64,000 nt of DNA from Eledone cirrhosa (Eukaryota), in NCBI GenBank assembly GCA_964016885.1, contig OZ024742.1, positions 162,998,001 through 163,062,000 of the forward strand, given 5' to 3'. Position 1 is the stretch's first letter, and the number at the start of each line of letters is the position of its first letter. Below the pieces are notes generated by a model that ran no database searches, was not told the origin of the DNA, and saw only the letters and a program-made list of their open reading frames with translations. The position numbers and the translations under genes are program-made. Below, piece after piece: positions 13,620 through 26,929 of the stretch.

Positions 13620-16600
13620 CTCCCCTTGGACGGCTAGATATTACCTCCCCTTGGACGGCTGGAAATTATCTCCCCTTGATTTTTTTTACAATTTATCTCC
13701 CCCTGATTTTTTTTTACAAATTATCTCCCCCTGATTTTTTTTTACGAATTATCTCCCCCTGATTTTTTTTTACAAATTATCTCCGCCTGATTTTTTTTTA
13801 AAAATTATCTCCCTTGAACGGCTGGAAATTATCTCCCCTTGGACGGCTGGAAATTATCTCCCCTTGGACGGCTAGAAATTACCTCTCCTTGGACGGCTGA
13901 AAATTATCTCCCCTTGGACGGCTGCAAATTATCTCCCCTTGATTTTTTAACAAATTATCTCCCCCTGATTTTTTTTACAAATTATCTCCCCCTGATTTTT
14001 TTTTACAAATTATCTACGCCTAATTTTTTTTACAAATTATCTCCCCCTGATTTTTTTTTACAAATTATCTCCCCCTGATTTTTTTTACAAATTATCTCCC
14101 CCTGATTTTTTTTTACAAATTATTTCCCCCTGATTTTTTTACAAATTATCTCCCCCCTGATTTTTTTTACAATCTCCGCCTGATTTTTTTAAAAATTATC
14201 TTCCCTTGGCTGGCGGGAAATTATCTCCCCTTGGACGGCTGGAAATTATATCCCCTTGGAAGGATGGAAATTATCTCCCCTTGGACGGCTGGAAATTATC
14301 TCCCCTTGGACGGCTGGAAATTATCTCCCCTTGGACAGCTGGAAATTATCTGCCCTTGATTTTGTTTTTACAAATTATCTCCCCCTGATTTTTTTTACAA
14401 ATTATCTCCACCTGATTTTTAAAAAAATTATCTCCCCTTGGACGGCTGGAAATTATCTCCCCTTGATTTTTTTACAAATTATCTCCCCCTGATTTTTTTT
14501 ACAAATTATCTCCCCCTGATTTTTTTTACAAATTATCTCCCCCTGATTTTTTTACAAATTATCTCCCCCTGATTTTTTTTACAAATTATCTCCGCCTGAT
14601 TTTTTTAAATATTATCTTCCCTTGGCTGGCGGGAAATTATCTCCCCTTGGACGGCTGAAAATTATCTCCCCTTGGACGGCTGGAAATTATCTCCCCTTGA
14701 TTTTTTTTACAAATTATCTCCCCCTGATTTTTTTTTACAAATTATCTCCCCCTGATTTTTTTTTACAAATTATCTCCCCCTGATTTTTTTACAAATTATC
14801 TCCCCTTGGCTAGCTGGAAATTATCTCCCCTTGGAGGCTGGAATTTATCTCCCCTTGGACGGCTAGAAATTACCTCTCCTTGGACGGCTGGAAAATATGT
14901 CTCCTTGGACGGCTGGATATTATCTACCCTTGGACGGCTGGAAATTATCTCCCCTTGGACGGCTGGAAATTATCTCCCCTTGGACGGCTAGATATTACCT
15001 CCCCTTGGACGGCTGGAAATTATCTCCCCTTGATTTTTTTACAAATTATCTCCCCCTGATTTTTTTACAAATTATCTCCCCCTGATTTTTTTTACAAATT
15101 ATCTCCGCCTAATTTTTTTAAATATTATCTTCCCTTGGCTGGCGGGAAATTATCTCCCCTTGGACGGCTGAAAATTATCTCCCCTTGGACGGCTGGAAAT
15201 TATCTCCCCTTGATTTTTTTTACAAATTATCTCCCCCTGATTTTTTTTTACAAATTATCTCCCCCTGATTTTTTTTACAAATTATCTCCCCCTGATTTTT
15301 TTACAAATTATCTCCCCCTGATTTTTTTTACAAATTATCTCCGCCTAATTTTTTTAAATATTATCTTCCCTTGGCTGGCTGGATATTATCTACCCTTGGA
15401 CGGCTGGAAATTATCTCCCCTTGGACGGCTGGAAATTATCTCCCCTTGGACGGCTAGATATTACCTCCCCTTGGACGGCTGGAAATTATCTCCCCTTGAT
15501 TTTTTTTACAATTTATCTCCCCCTGATTTTTTTTTACAAATTATCTCCCCCTGATTTTTTTTTACGAATTATCTCCCCCTGATTTTTTTTTACAAATTAT
15601 CTCCGCCTGATTTTTTTTTAAAAATTATCTCCCCTTGAACGGCTGGAAATTATCTCCCCTTGGACGGCTGGAAATTATCTCCCCTTGGACGGCTAGAAAT
15701 TACCTCTCCTTGGACGGCTGAAAATTATCTCCCCTTGGACGGCTGCAAATTATCTCCCCTTGATTTTTTTACAAATTATCTCCCCCTGATTTTTTTTTAC
15801 AAATTATCTACGCCTAATTTTTTTACAAATTATCTCCCCCTGATTTTTTTTTACAAATTATCTCCCCCTGATTTTTTTTACAAATTATCTCCCCCTGATT
15901 TTTTTTTACAAATTATTTCCCCCTGATTTTTTTACAAATTATCTCCCCCCTGATTTTTTTTACAATCTCCGCCTGATTTTTTTAATAATTATCTTCCCTT
16001 GGCTGGCGGGAAATTATCTCCCCTTGGACGGCTGGAAATTATATCCCCTTGGAAGGATGGAAATTATCTCCCCTTGGACGGCTGGAAATTATCTCCCCTT
16101 GGACGGCTGGAAATTATCTGCCCTTGATTTTGTTTTTACAAATTATCTCCCCCTGATTTTTTTTACAAATTATCTCCACCTGATTTTTAAAAAAATTATC
16201 TCCCCTTGGACGGCTGGAAATTATCTCCCCTTGATTTTTTTACAAATTATCTCCCCCTGATTTTTTTTACAAATTATCTCCGCCTGATTTTTTTAAATAT
16301 TATCTTCCCTTGGCTGGCGGGAAATTATCTCCCCTTGGACGGCTGAAAATTATCTCCCCTTGGACGGCTGGAAATTATCTCCCCTTGATTTTTTTTACAA
16401 ATTATCTCCCCCTGATTTTTTTTTACAAATTATCTCCCCCTGATTTTTTTTTACAAATTATCTCCCCCTGATTTTTTTTTACAAATTATCTCACCCTGAT
16501 TTTTTTTACAAATTATCTCCCCCTGATTTTTTTACAAATTATCTCCCCTTGGCTGGCTGGAAATTATCTCCCCTTGGAGGCTGGAATTTATCTCCCCTTG

Positions 16601-17060
16601 GACGGCTAGAAATTACCTCTCCTTGGACGGCTGGAAAATATGTCTCCTTGGACGGCTGGATATTATCTACCCTTGGACGGCTGGAAATTATCTCCCCTTG
16701 GACGGCTGGAAATTATCTCCCCTTGGACGGCTAGATATTACCTCCCCTTGGACGGCTGGAAATTATCTCCCCTTGATTTTTTTACAAATTATCTCCCCCT
16801 GATTTTTTTACACATTATCTCCCCCTGATTTTTTTTACAAATTATCTCCGCCTAATTTTTTTAAATATTATCTTCCCTTGGCTGGCGGGAAATTATCTCC
16901 CCTTGGACGGCTGAAAATTATCTCCCCTTGGACGGCTGGAAATTATCTCCCCTTGATTTTTTTTACAAATTATCTCCCCCTGATTTTTTTTTACAAATTA
17001 TCTCCCCCTGATTTTTTTTACAAATTATCTCCCCCTGATTTTTTTACAAATTATCTCCCC
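13620..17060. repeat. ~1.75-1.8-kb imperfect tandem duplication
   Basis: Near-twin ORF-track entries 13839/15660 (offset 1821), and 14806/16549, 14897/16640, 15135/16878 (offset 1743). ACAATTTATC marker at ~13688 and ~15508. Confidence 0.7.
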
Positions 17061-20000
17061 TTGGCTGGCTGGAAATTATCTCCCCTTGGAGGCTGGAATT
17101 TATCTCCCCTTGGACGGCTAGAAATTACCTCTCCTTGGACGGCTGGAAAATATGTCCTTGGACGGCTGGATATTATCTACCCTTGGACGGCTGGAAATTA
17201 TCTCCCCTTGGACGGCTGGAAATTATCTCCCCTTGGACGGCTAGATATTACCTCCCCTTGGACGGCTGGAAATTATCTCCCCTTGATTTTTTTTACAAAT
17301 TATCTCCCCCTGATTTTTTTTTACAAATTATCTCCCCCTGATTTTTTTTTACAAATTATCTCCCCCTGATTTTTTTTTACAAATTATCTACCCCTGATTT
17401 TTTTTTACAAATTAGCTCTCCCTGATTTTTTTTACAAATTATCTCCCCCTGATTTTTTTTTACAAATTATCTCCCCCTGATTTTTTTTTACAAATTATCT
17501 ACCCCTGATTTTTTTTACAAATTATCTCCCCCTGATTTTTTTTACAAATTATCTCCCCCTGATTTTGTTTACAAATTATCTCCCCCTGATTTTTTTACAA
17601 ATTATCTCCCCGTGATTTTTTTTACAAATTATCTCCGCCTAATTTTTTTAAATATTATCTTCCCTTGGCTGGCGGGAAATTATCTCCCCTTGGACGGCTG
17701 AAAATTATCTCTCCTTGGACGGCTGGAAATTATCTCCCCTTGATTTTTTTACAAATTATCTCCCCCTGATTATTTTTTACAAATTATCTCCCCCTGATTT
17801 TTTTTTACAAATTATCTCCCCCTGATTTTTTTTACAAATTATCTCCCCCTGATTTTTTTACAAATTATCTCCCCTTGGCTGGCTGGAAATTATCTCCCCT
17901 TGGAGGCTGGAATTTATCTCCCCTTGGACGGTTAGAAATTACCTCTCCTTGGACGGCTGGAAAATATGTCTCCTTGGACGGCTGGAAATTATCGCCCCTT
18001 GGACGGCTGGAAATTATCTCCCCTTGGACGGCTGGAAATTATCTCTCCTCGGACGGCTAGAAATTACCTCTCCTTGGACAGCTGAAAATTATCTCCCCTT
18101 GGACGGCTGGAAATTATCTCCACTTGATTTTTTTTACAAATTATCTCCCCCTGATTTTTTTTTACAAATTATCTCCCCCTGATTTTTTTTTACAAATTAT
18201 CTCCCCCTGATTTTTTTTTACAAATTATCTCCCCCTGATATTTTTTACAAATTATCTCCCCCTGATTTTTTTACAAATTATCTCCCCTTGGCTGGCTGGA
18301 AATTATCTCCCCTTGGAGGCTGGAATTTATCTCCCCTTAGACGGCTAGAAATTACCTCGCCTTGGACGGCTGGAAAATATGTCTCCTTGGACGGCTGGAA
18401 ATTATCTCCCCTTGGACGGCTGGAAATTATCTCCCCTTGGACGGCTGGAAATTATCTCCCCTTGGACGGCTAGATATTACCTCCCCTTGGACGGCTGGAA
18501 ATTATCTCCCCTTGGACGGCTAGATATTACCTCCCCTTGGACGGCTGGAAATTATCTCCCCTTGATTTTTTTTACAAATTATCTCCCCCTGATTTTTTTT
18601 TACAAATTATCTCCCCCTGATTTTTTTTTACGAATTATCTCCCCCCGATTTTTTTTTACAAATTATCTCCGCCTGATTTTTTAAAAAAAATTATCTCCCC
18701 TTGAACGGCTGGAAATTATCTCCCCTTGGACGGCTGGAAATTATCTCCCCTTGGACGGCTAGAAATTACCTCTCCTTGGACGGCTGAAAATTATCTCCCC
18801 TTGGACGGCTGCAAATTATCTCCCCTTGATTTTTTAACAAATTATCTCCCCCTGATTTTTTTTTACAAATTATCTCCCCCTGATTTTTTTTTTTAAATTA
18901 TCTCCCCCTGATTTTTTTACAAATTATCTCCCCCTGATTTTTTTTACAATCTCCGCCTGATTTTTTTAAAAATTATCTTCCCTTGGCTGGCGGGAAATTA
19001 TCTCCCCTTGGACGGCTGGAAATTATATCCCCTTGGAAGGATGGAAATTATCTCCCCTTGGACGGCTGGAAATTATCTCCCCTTGGACGGCTGGAAATTA
19101 TCTCCCCTTGGACAGCTGGAAATTATCTGCCCTTGATTTTGTTTTTACAAATTATCTCCCCCTGATTTTTTTTACAAATTATCTCCACCTGATTTTTTCA
19201 AAAATTATCTCCCCTTGGACGGCTGAAAATTATCTCCCCTTGATTTTTTTTACAAATTATCTCCCCCTGATTTTTTGTTACAAATTATCTCCCCCTGATT
19301 TTTTTACAAATTATCTCCCCCTGATTTTTTTTACAAATTATCTCCGCCTGATTTTTTTAAATATTATCTTCCCTTGGCTGGCGGGAAATTATCTCCCCTT
19401 GGACGGCTGAAAATTATCTCCCCTTGGACGGCTGGAAATTATCTCCCCCTGATTTTTTTTACAAATTATCTCCCCCTGATTTTTTTTTACAAATTATCTC
19501 CCCCTGATTTTTTTTTACAAATTATCTGCCCCTGATTTTTTTTACAAATTATCTCCCCCTGATTTTTTTACAAATTATCTCCCCTTGGCTGGCTGGAAAT
19601 TATCTCCCCTTGGAGGCTGGAATTTATCTCCCCTTGGACGGCTAGAAATTACCTCTCCTTGGACGGCTGGAAAATATTTCTCCTTGGACGGCTGGATATT
19701 ATCTACCCTTGGACGGGTGGAAATTATCTCCCCTTAGACGGCTGGAAATTATCTCCCCTTGGACGGCTAGATATTACCTCCCCTTGGACGGCTGGAAATT
19801 ATCTCCCCTTGATTTTTTTACAAATTATCTCCCCCTGATTTTTTTTTTACAAATTATCTCCCCCTGATTTTTTTACAAATTATCTCCCCCTGATTTTTTT
19901 TACAAATTATCTCCGCCTGATTTTTTTAAATATTATCTTCTCTTGGCTGGCGGGAAATTATCTCCCCTTGGACGGCTGAAAATTATCTCCCCTTGGGCGG

Positions 20001-23000
20001 CTGGAAATTATCTCCCCTTGATTTTTTTTACAAATTATCTCCCCCTGATTTTTTTTTACAAATTATCTCCCCCTGATTTTTTTTTACAAATTATCTCCCC
20101 CTGATTTTTTTTTACAAATTATCTCCCCCTGATTTTTTTTTACAAATTATCTCCCCCTGATTTTTTTACAAATTATCTCCCCTTAGCTGGCTGGAAATTA
20201 TCTCCCCTTGGAGGCTGGAATTTATCTCCCCTTGGACGGCTAGAAATTACCTCTCCTTGGACGGCTGGAAAATATGTCCTTGGACGGCTGGATATTATCT
20301 ACCCTTGGACGGCTGGAAATTATCTCCCCTTGGACGGCTGGAAATTATCTCCCCTTGGACGGCTAGATATTACCTCCCCTTGGACGGCTGGAAATTATCT
20401 CCCCTTGATTTTTTTTACAAATTATCTCCCCCTGATTTTTTTTTACAAATTATCTCCCCCTGATTTTTTTTTACAAATTATCTACCCCTGATTTTTTTTT
20501 ACAAATTATCTCCCCCTGATTTTTTTTACAAATTATCTCTCCCTGATTTTTTTTTACAAATTATCTCCCCCTGATTTTTTTTTACAAATTATCTACCCCT
20601 GATTTTTTTTTACAAATTATCTCCCCCTGATTTTTTTTACAAATTATTTCCCCCTGATTTTTTTTACAAATTATCTCCCCCTGATTTTTTTACAAATTAT
20701 CTCCCCCCGATTTTTTTTACAAATTATCTCCGCCTAATTTTTTTAAATATTATCTTCCCTTGGCTGGCGGGAAATTATCTCCCCTTGGACGGCTGAAAAT
20801 TATCTCCCCTTGGACGGCTGGAAATTATCTCCCCTTGATTTTTTTACAAATTATCTCCCCCTGATTATTTTTTACAAATTATCTCCCCCTGATTTTTTTT
20901 TACAAATTATCTCCCCCTGATTTTTTTACAAATTATCTCCCCTTGGGTGGCTGGAAATTATCTCCCCTTGGAGGCTGGAATTTATCTCCCCTTGGACGGT
21001 TAGAAATTACCTCTCCTTGGACTGCTGGAAAATATGTCTCCTTGGACGGCTGGAAATTATCTCCCCTGGGACGGCTGGAAATTATCTCCCCTTGGACGGC
21101 TGGAAATTATCTCTCCTCGGACGACTAGAAATTACCTCTCCTTGGACAGCTGAAAATTATCTCCCCTTGGACGGCTGGAAATTATCTCCCCTTGATTTTT
21201 TTTACAAATTATCTCCCCCTGATTTTATTTTACAAATTATCTCCCCCTGATTTTTTTTACAAATTATCTGCCCCTGATATTTTTTACAAATTATCTCCCC
21301 CTGATTTTTTTACAAATTATCTCCCCTTGGCTGGCTGGAAATTATCTCCCCTTGGAGGCTGGAATTTATCTCCCCTTGGACGGCTAGAAATTACCTGGCC
21401 TTGGACGGCTGGAAAATATGTCTCCTTGGACGGCTGGAAATTATCTCCCCTTGGACGGCTGGAAATTATCTCCCCTTGGACGGCTAGATATTACCTCCCC
21501 TTGGACGGCTGGAAATTATCTCCCCTTGATTTTTTTTACAAATTATCTCCCCCTGATTTTTTTTTACAAATTATCTCCCCCTGATTTTTTTTACAAATTA
21601 TCTCCCCCTGATTTTTTTACAAATTATCTCCCCCCGATTTTTTTTACAAATTATATCCGCCTAATTTTTTTAAATATTATCTTCCCTTGGCTGGCGGGAA
21701 ATTATCTCCCCTTGGACGGCTGAAAATTATCTCCCCTTGGACGGCTGGAAATTATCTCCCCTTGATTTTTTTACAAATTATCTCCCCCTGATTATTTTTT
21801 ACAAATTATCTCCCCCTGATTTTTTTTTACAAATTATCTCCCTCTGATTTTTTTTACAAATTATCTCCCCTTGGCTGGCTGGAAATTATCTCCCCTTGGA
21901 GGCTGGAATTTATCTCCCCTTGGATGGTTAGAAATTACCTCTCCTTGGACTGCTGGAAAATATGTCTCCTTGGACGGCTGGAAATTATCTCCCCTTGGAC
22001 GGCTGGAAATTATCTCCCCTTGGACGGCTGGAAATTATCTCTCCTCGGACGACTAGAAATTACCTCTCCTTGGACAGCTGAAAATTATCTCCCCTTGGAC
22101 GGCTGGAAATTATCTCCCCTTGGACGGCTAGATATTACCTCCCCTTGGACGGCTGGAAATTATCTCCCCTTGATTTTTTTTACAAATTATCTCCCCCTGA
22201 TTTTTTTTACAAATTATCTCCCCCTAATTTTTTTTTACAAATTATCTCCCCCTGATTTTTTTTACAAATTATCTCCCCCTGATATTTTTTACAAATTATC
22301 TCCCCCTGATTTTTTTACAAATTATCTCCCCTTGGAGGCTGGAATTTATCTCCCCTTGGACGGTTAGAAATTACCTCTCCTTGGACTGCTGGAAAATATG
22401 TCTCCTTGGACGGCTGGAAATTATCTCCCCTTGGACGGCTGGAAATTATCTCCCCTTGGACGGCTGGAAATTATCTCTCCTCGGACGACTAGAAATTACC
22501 TCTCCTTGGACAGCTGAAAATTATCTCCCCTTGGACGGCTGGAAATTATCTCCCCTTGATTTTTTTTACAAATTATCTCCCCCTGATTTTTTTTACAAAT
22601 TATCTCCCCCTAATTTTTTTTTACAAATTATCTCCCCCTGATTTTTTTTACAAATTATCTCCCCCTGATATTTTTTACAAATTATCTCCCCCTGATTTTT
22701 TTACAAATTATCTCCCCTTGGCTGGCTGGAAATTATCTCCGCTTGGAGGCTGGAATTTATCTCCCCTTGGACGGCTAGAAATTACCTCGCCTTGGACGGC
22801 TGGAAAATATGTCTCCTTGGACGGCTGGAAATTATCTCCCCTTGGACGGCTGGAAATTATCTCCCCTTGGACGGCTGGAAATTATCTCCCCTTGGACGGC
22901 TAGATATTACCTCCCCTTGGACGGCTGGAAATTATCTCCCCTTGATTTTTTTTACAATTTATCTCCCCCTGATTTTTTTTTACAAATTATCTCCCCCTGA

Positions 23001-26000
23001 TTTTTTTTTACGAATTATCTCCCCCTGATTTTTTTTTACAAATTATCTCCGCCTGATTTTTTTTTAAAAATTATCTCCCCTTGAACGGCTGGAAATTATC
23101 TCCCCTTGGACGGCTGGAAATTATCTCCCCTTGGACGGCTAGAAATTACCTCTCCTTGGACGGCTGAAAATTATCTCCCCTTGGACGGCTGCAAATTATC
23201 TCCCCTTGATTTTTTAACAAATTATCTCCCCCTGATTTTTTTTTACAAATTATCTCCCCCTGATTTTTTTTTACAAATTATCTACGCCTAATTTTTTTTA
23301 CTAATTATCTCCCCCTGATTTTTTTTTACAAATTATCTCCCCCTGATTTTTTTACAAATTATCTCCCCCTGATTTTTTTTTACAAATTATTTCCCCCTGA
23401 TTTTTTTACAAATTATCTCCACCCTGATTTTTTTTACAATCTCCGCCTGATTTTTTTAAAAATTATCTTCCCTTGGCTGGCGGGAAATTATCTCCCCTTG
23501 GACGGCTGGAAATTATATCCCCTTGGAAGGATGGAAATTATCTCCCCTTGGACGGCTGGAAATTATCTCCCCTTGGACGGCTGGAAATTATCTCCCCTTG
23601 GACAGCTGGAAATTATCTGCCCTTGATTTTGTTTTTACAAATTATCTACCCCTGATTTTTTTTACAAATTATCTCCACCTGATTTTTAAAAAAATTATCT
23701 TCCCTTGGACGGCTGGAAATTATCTCCCCTTGATTTTTTTACAAATTATCTCCCCCTGATTTTTTTTACAAATTATCTCCCCCTGATTTTTTTTTACAAA
23801 TTATCTCCCCCTGATTTTTTTACAAATTATCTCCCCCGATTTTTTTTACAAATTATCTCCGCCTGATTTTTTTAAATATTATCTTCCCTTGGCTGGCGGG
23901 AAATTATCTCCCCTTGGACGGCTGAAAATTATCTCCCCTTGGACGGCTGGAAATTATCTCCCCTTGATTTTTTTTACAAATTATCTACCCCTGATTTTTT
24001 TTTACAAATTATCTCCCCCTGATTTTTTTTTACAAATTATCTCCCCCTGATTTTTTTTTACAAATTATCTCACCCTGATTTTTTTTACAAATTATCTCCC
24101 CCTGATTTTTTTACAAATTATCTCCCCTTGGCTGGCTGGAAATTATCTCCCCTTGGAGGCTGGAATTTATCTCCCCTTGGACGGCTAGAAATTACCTCTC
24201 CTTGGACGGCTGGAAAATATGTCTCCTTGGACGGCTGGATATTATCTACCCTTGGACGGCTGGAAATTATCTCCCCTTGGACGGCTGGAAATTATCTCCC
24301 CTTGGACGGCTAGATATTACCTCCCCTTGGACGGCTGGAAATTATCTCCCCCTGATTTTTTTACAAATTATCTCCCCCTGATTTTTTTTACAAATTATCT
24401 CCGCCTAATTTTTTTAAATATTATCTTCCCTTGGCTGGCGGGAAATTATCTCCCCTTGGACGGCTGAAAATTATCTCCCCTTGATTTTTTTTTACAAATT
24501 ATCTCCCCCTGATTTTTTTTTACAAATTATCTCCCCCTGATTTTTTTTACAAATTATCTGCACCTGATTTTTTAAAAAATTATCTCCCCTTGGACGGCTG
24601 GAAATTATCTCCCCTTGATTTTTTTACAAATTATCTCCCCCTGATTTTTTTTACAAATTATCTCCCCCTGATTTTTTTTTACGAATTATCTCCCCCTGAT
24701 TTTTTTTTATAAATTATCTCCGCCTGATTTTTTTTTAAAAATTATCTCCCCTTGAACGGCTGGAAATTATCTCCCCTTGGACGGCTGGAAATTATCTCCC
24801 CTTGGACGGCTAGAAATTACCTCTCCTTGGACGGCTGAAAATTATCTCCCCTTGGACGGCTGCAAATTATCTCCCCTTGATTTTTTAACAAATTATCTCC
24901 CCCTGATTTTTTTTTACAAATTATCTCCCCCTGATTTTTTTTTACAAATTATCTACGCCTAATTTTTTTTACAAATTATCTCCCCCTGATTTTTTTTTAC
25001 AAATTATCTCCCCCTGATTTTTTTTACAAATTATCTCCCCCTGATTTTTTTTTACAAATTATTTCCCCCTGATTTTTTTACAAATTATCTCCCCCCTGAT
25101 TTTTTTTACAATCTCCGCCTGATTTTTTTAAAAATTATCTTCCCTTGGCTGGCGGGAAATTATCTCCCCTTGGACGGCTGGAAATTATATCCCCTTGGAC
25201 GGCTGGAAATTACCTCCCCTTGGACAGCTGGAAATTATCTGCCCTTGATTTTGTTTTTACAAATTATCTCCCCCTGATTTTTTTTACAAATTATCTCCAC
25301 CTGATTTTTTAAAAAATTATCTCCCCTTGGACGGCTGGAAATTATCTCCCCTTGATTTTTTTACAAATTATCTCCCCCTGATTTTTTTTACAAATTATCT
25401 CCCCCTGATTTTTTTTTTACAAATTATCTCCCCCTGATTTTTTTACAAATTATCTCCCCCTGATTTTTTTTATAAATTATCTCCGCCTGATTTTTTTAAA
25501 TATTATCTTCCCTTGGCTGGCGGGAAATTATCTCCCCTTGGACGGCTGAAAATTATCTCCCCTTGGACGGCTGGAAATTATCTCCCCTTGATTTTTTTTA
25601 CAAATTATCTCCCCCTGATTTTTTTTTACAAATTATCTCCCCCTGATTTTTTTTTACAAATTATCTCCCCCTGATTTTTTTTTACAAATTATCTGCCCCT
25701 GATTTTTTTTACAAATTATCTCCCTCTGATTTTTTTACAAATTATCTCCCCTTGGCTGGCTGGAAATTATCTCCCCTTGGAGGCTGGAATTTATCTCCCC
25801 TTGGACGGCTAGAAATTACCTCGCCTTGGACGGCTGGAAAATATTTCTCCTTGGACGGCTGGATATTATCTACCCTTGGACGGGTGGAAATTATCTCCCC
25901 TTGGACGGCTGGAAATTATCTCCCCTTGGACGGCTAGATATTACCTCCCCTTGGACGGCTGGAAATTATCTCCCCTTGATTTTTTTTACAAATTATCTCC

Positions 26001-26929
26001 CCCTGATTTTTTTTTTACAAATTATCTCCCCCTGATTTTTTTACAAATTATCTCCCCCTGATTTTTTTTACAAATTATCTCCGCCTGATTTTTTTAAATA
26101 TTATCTTCTCTTGGCTGGCGGGAAATTATCTCCCCTTGGACGGCTGAAAATTATCTCCCCTTGGACGGCTGGAAATTATCTCCCCTTGATTTTTTTTACA
26201 AATTATCTCCCCCTGATTTTTTTTTACAAATTATCTCCCCCTGATTTTTTTTTACAAATTATCTCCCCCTGATTTTTTTTTACAAATTATCTCCCCCTGA
26301 TTTTTTTTTACAAATTATCTCCCCTTGATTTTTTTACAAATTATCTCCCCTTAGCTGGCTGGAAATTATCTCCCCTTGGAGGCTGGAATTTATCTCCCCT
26401 TGGACGGCTAGAAATTACCTCTCCTTGGACGGCTGGAAAATATGTCCTTGGACGGCTGGATATTATCTACCCTTGGACGGCTGGAAATTATCTCCCCTTG
26501 GACGGCTGGAAATTATCTCCCCTTGGACGGCTAGATATTACCTCCCCTTGGACGGCTGGAAATTATCTCCCCTTGATTTTTTTTACAAATTATCTCCCCC
26601 TGATTTTTTTTTACAAATTATCTCCCCCTGATTTTTTTTTACAAATTATCTACCCCTGATTTTTTTTTACAAATTATCTCCCCCTGATTTTTTTTACAAA
26701 TTATCTCTCCCTGATTTTTTTTTACAAATTATCTCCCCCTGATTTTTTTTTACAAATTATCTACCCCTGATTTTTTTTTACAAATTATCTCCCCCTGATT
26801 TTTTTTACAAATTATTTCCCCCTGATTTTTTTTACAAATTATCTCCCCCTGATTTTTTTACAAATTATCTCCCCCCGATTTTTTTTACAAATTATCTCCG
26901 CCTAATTTTTTTAAATATTATCTTCCCTT

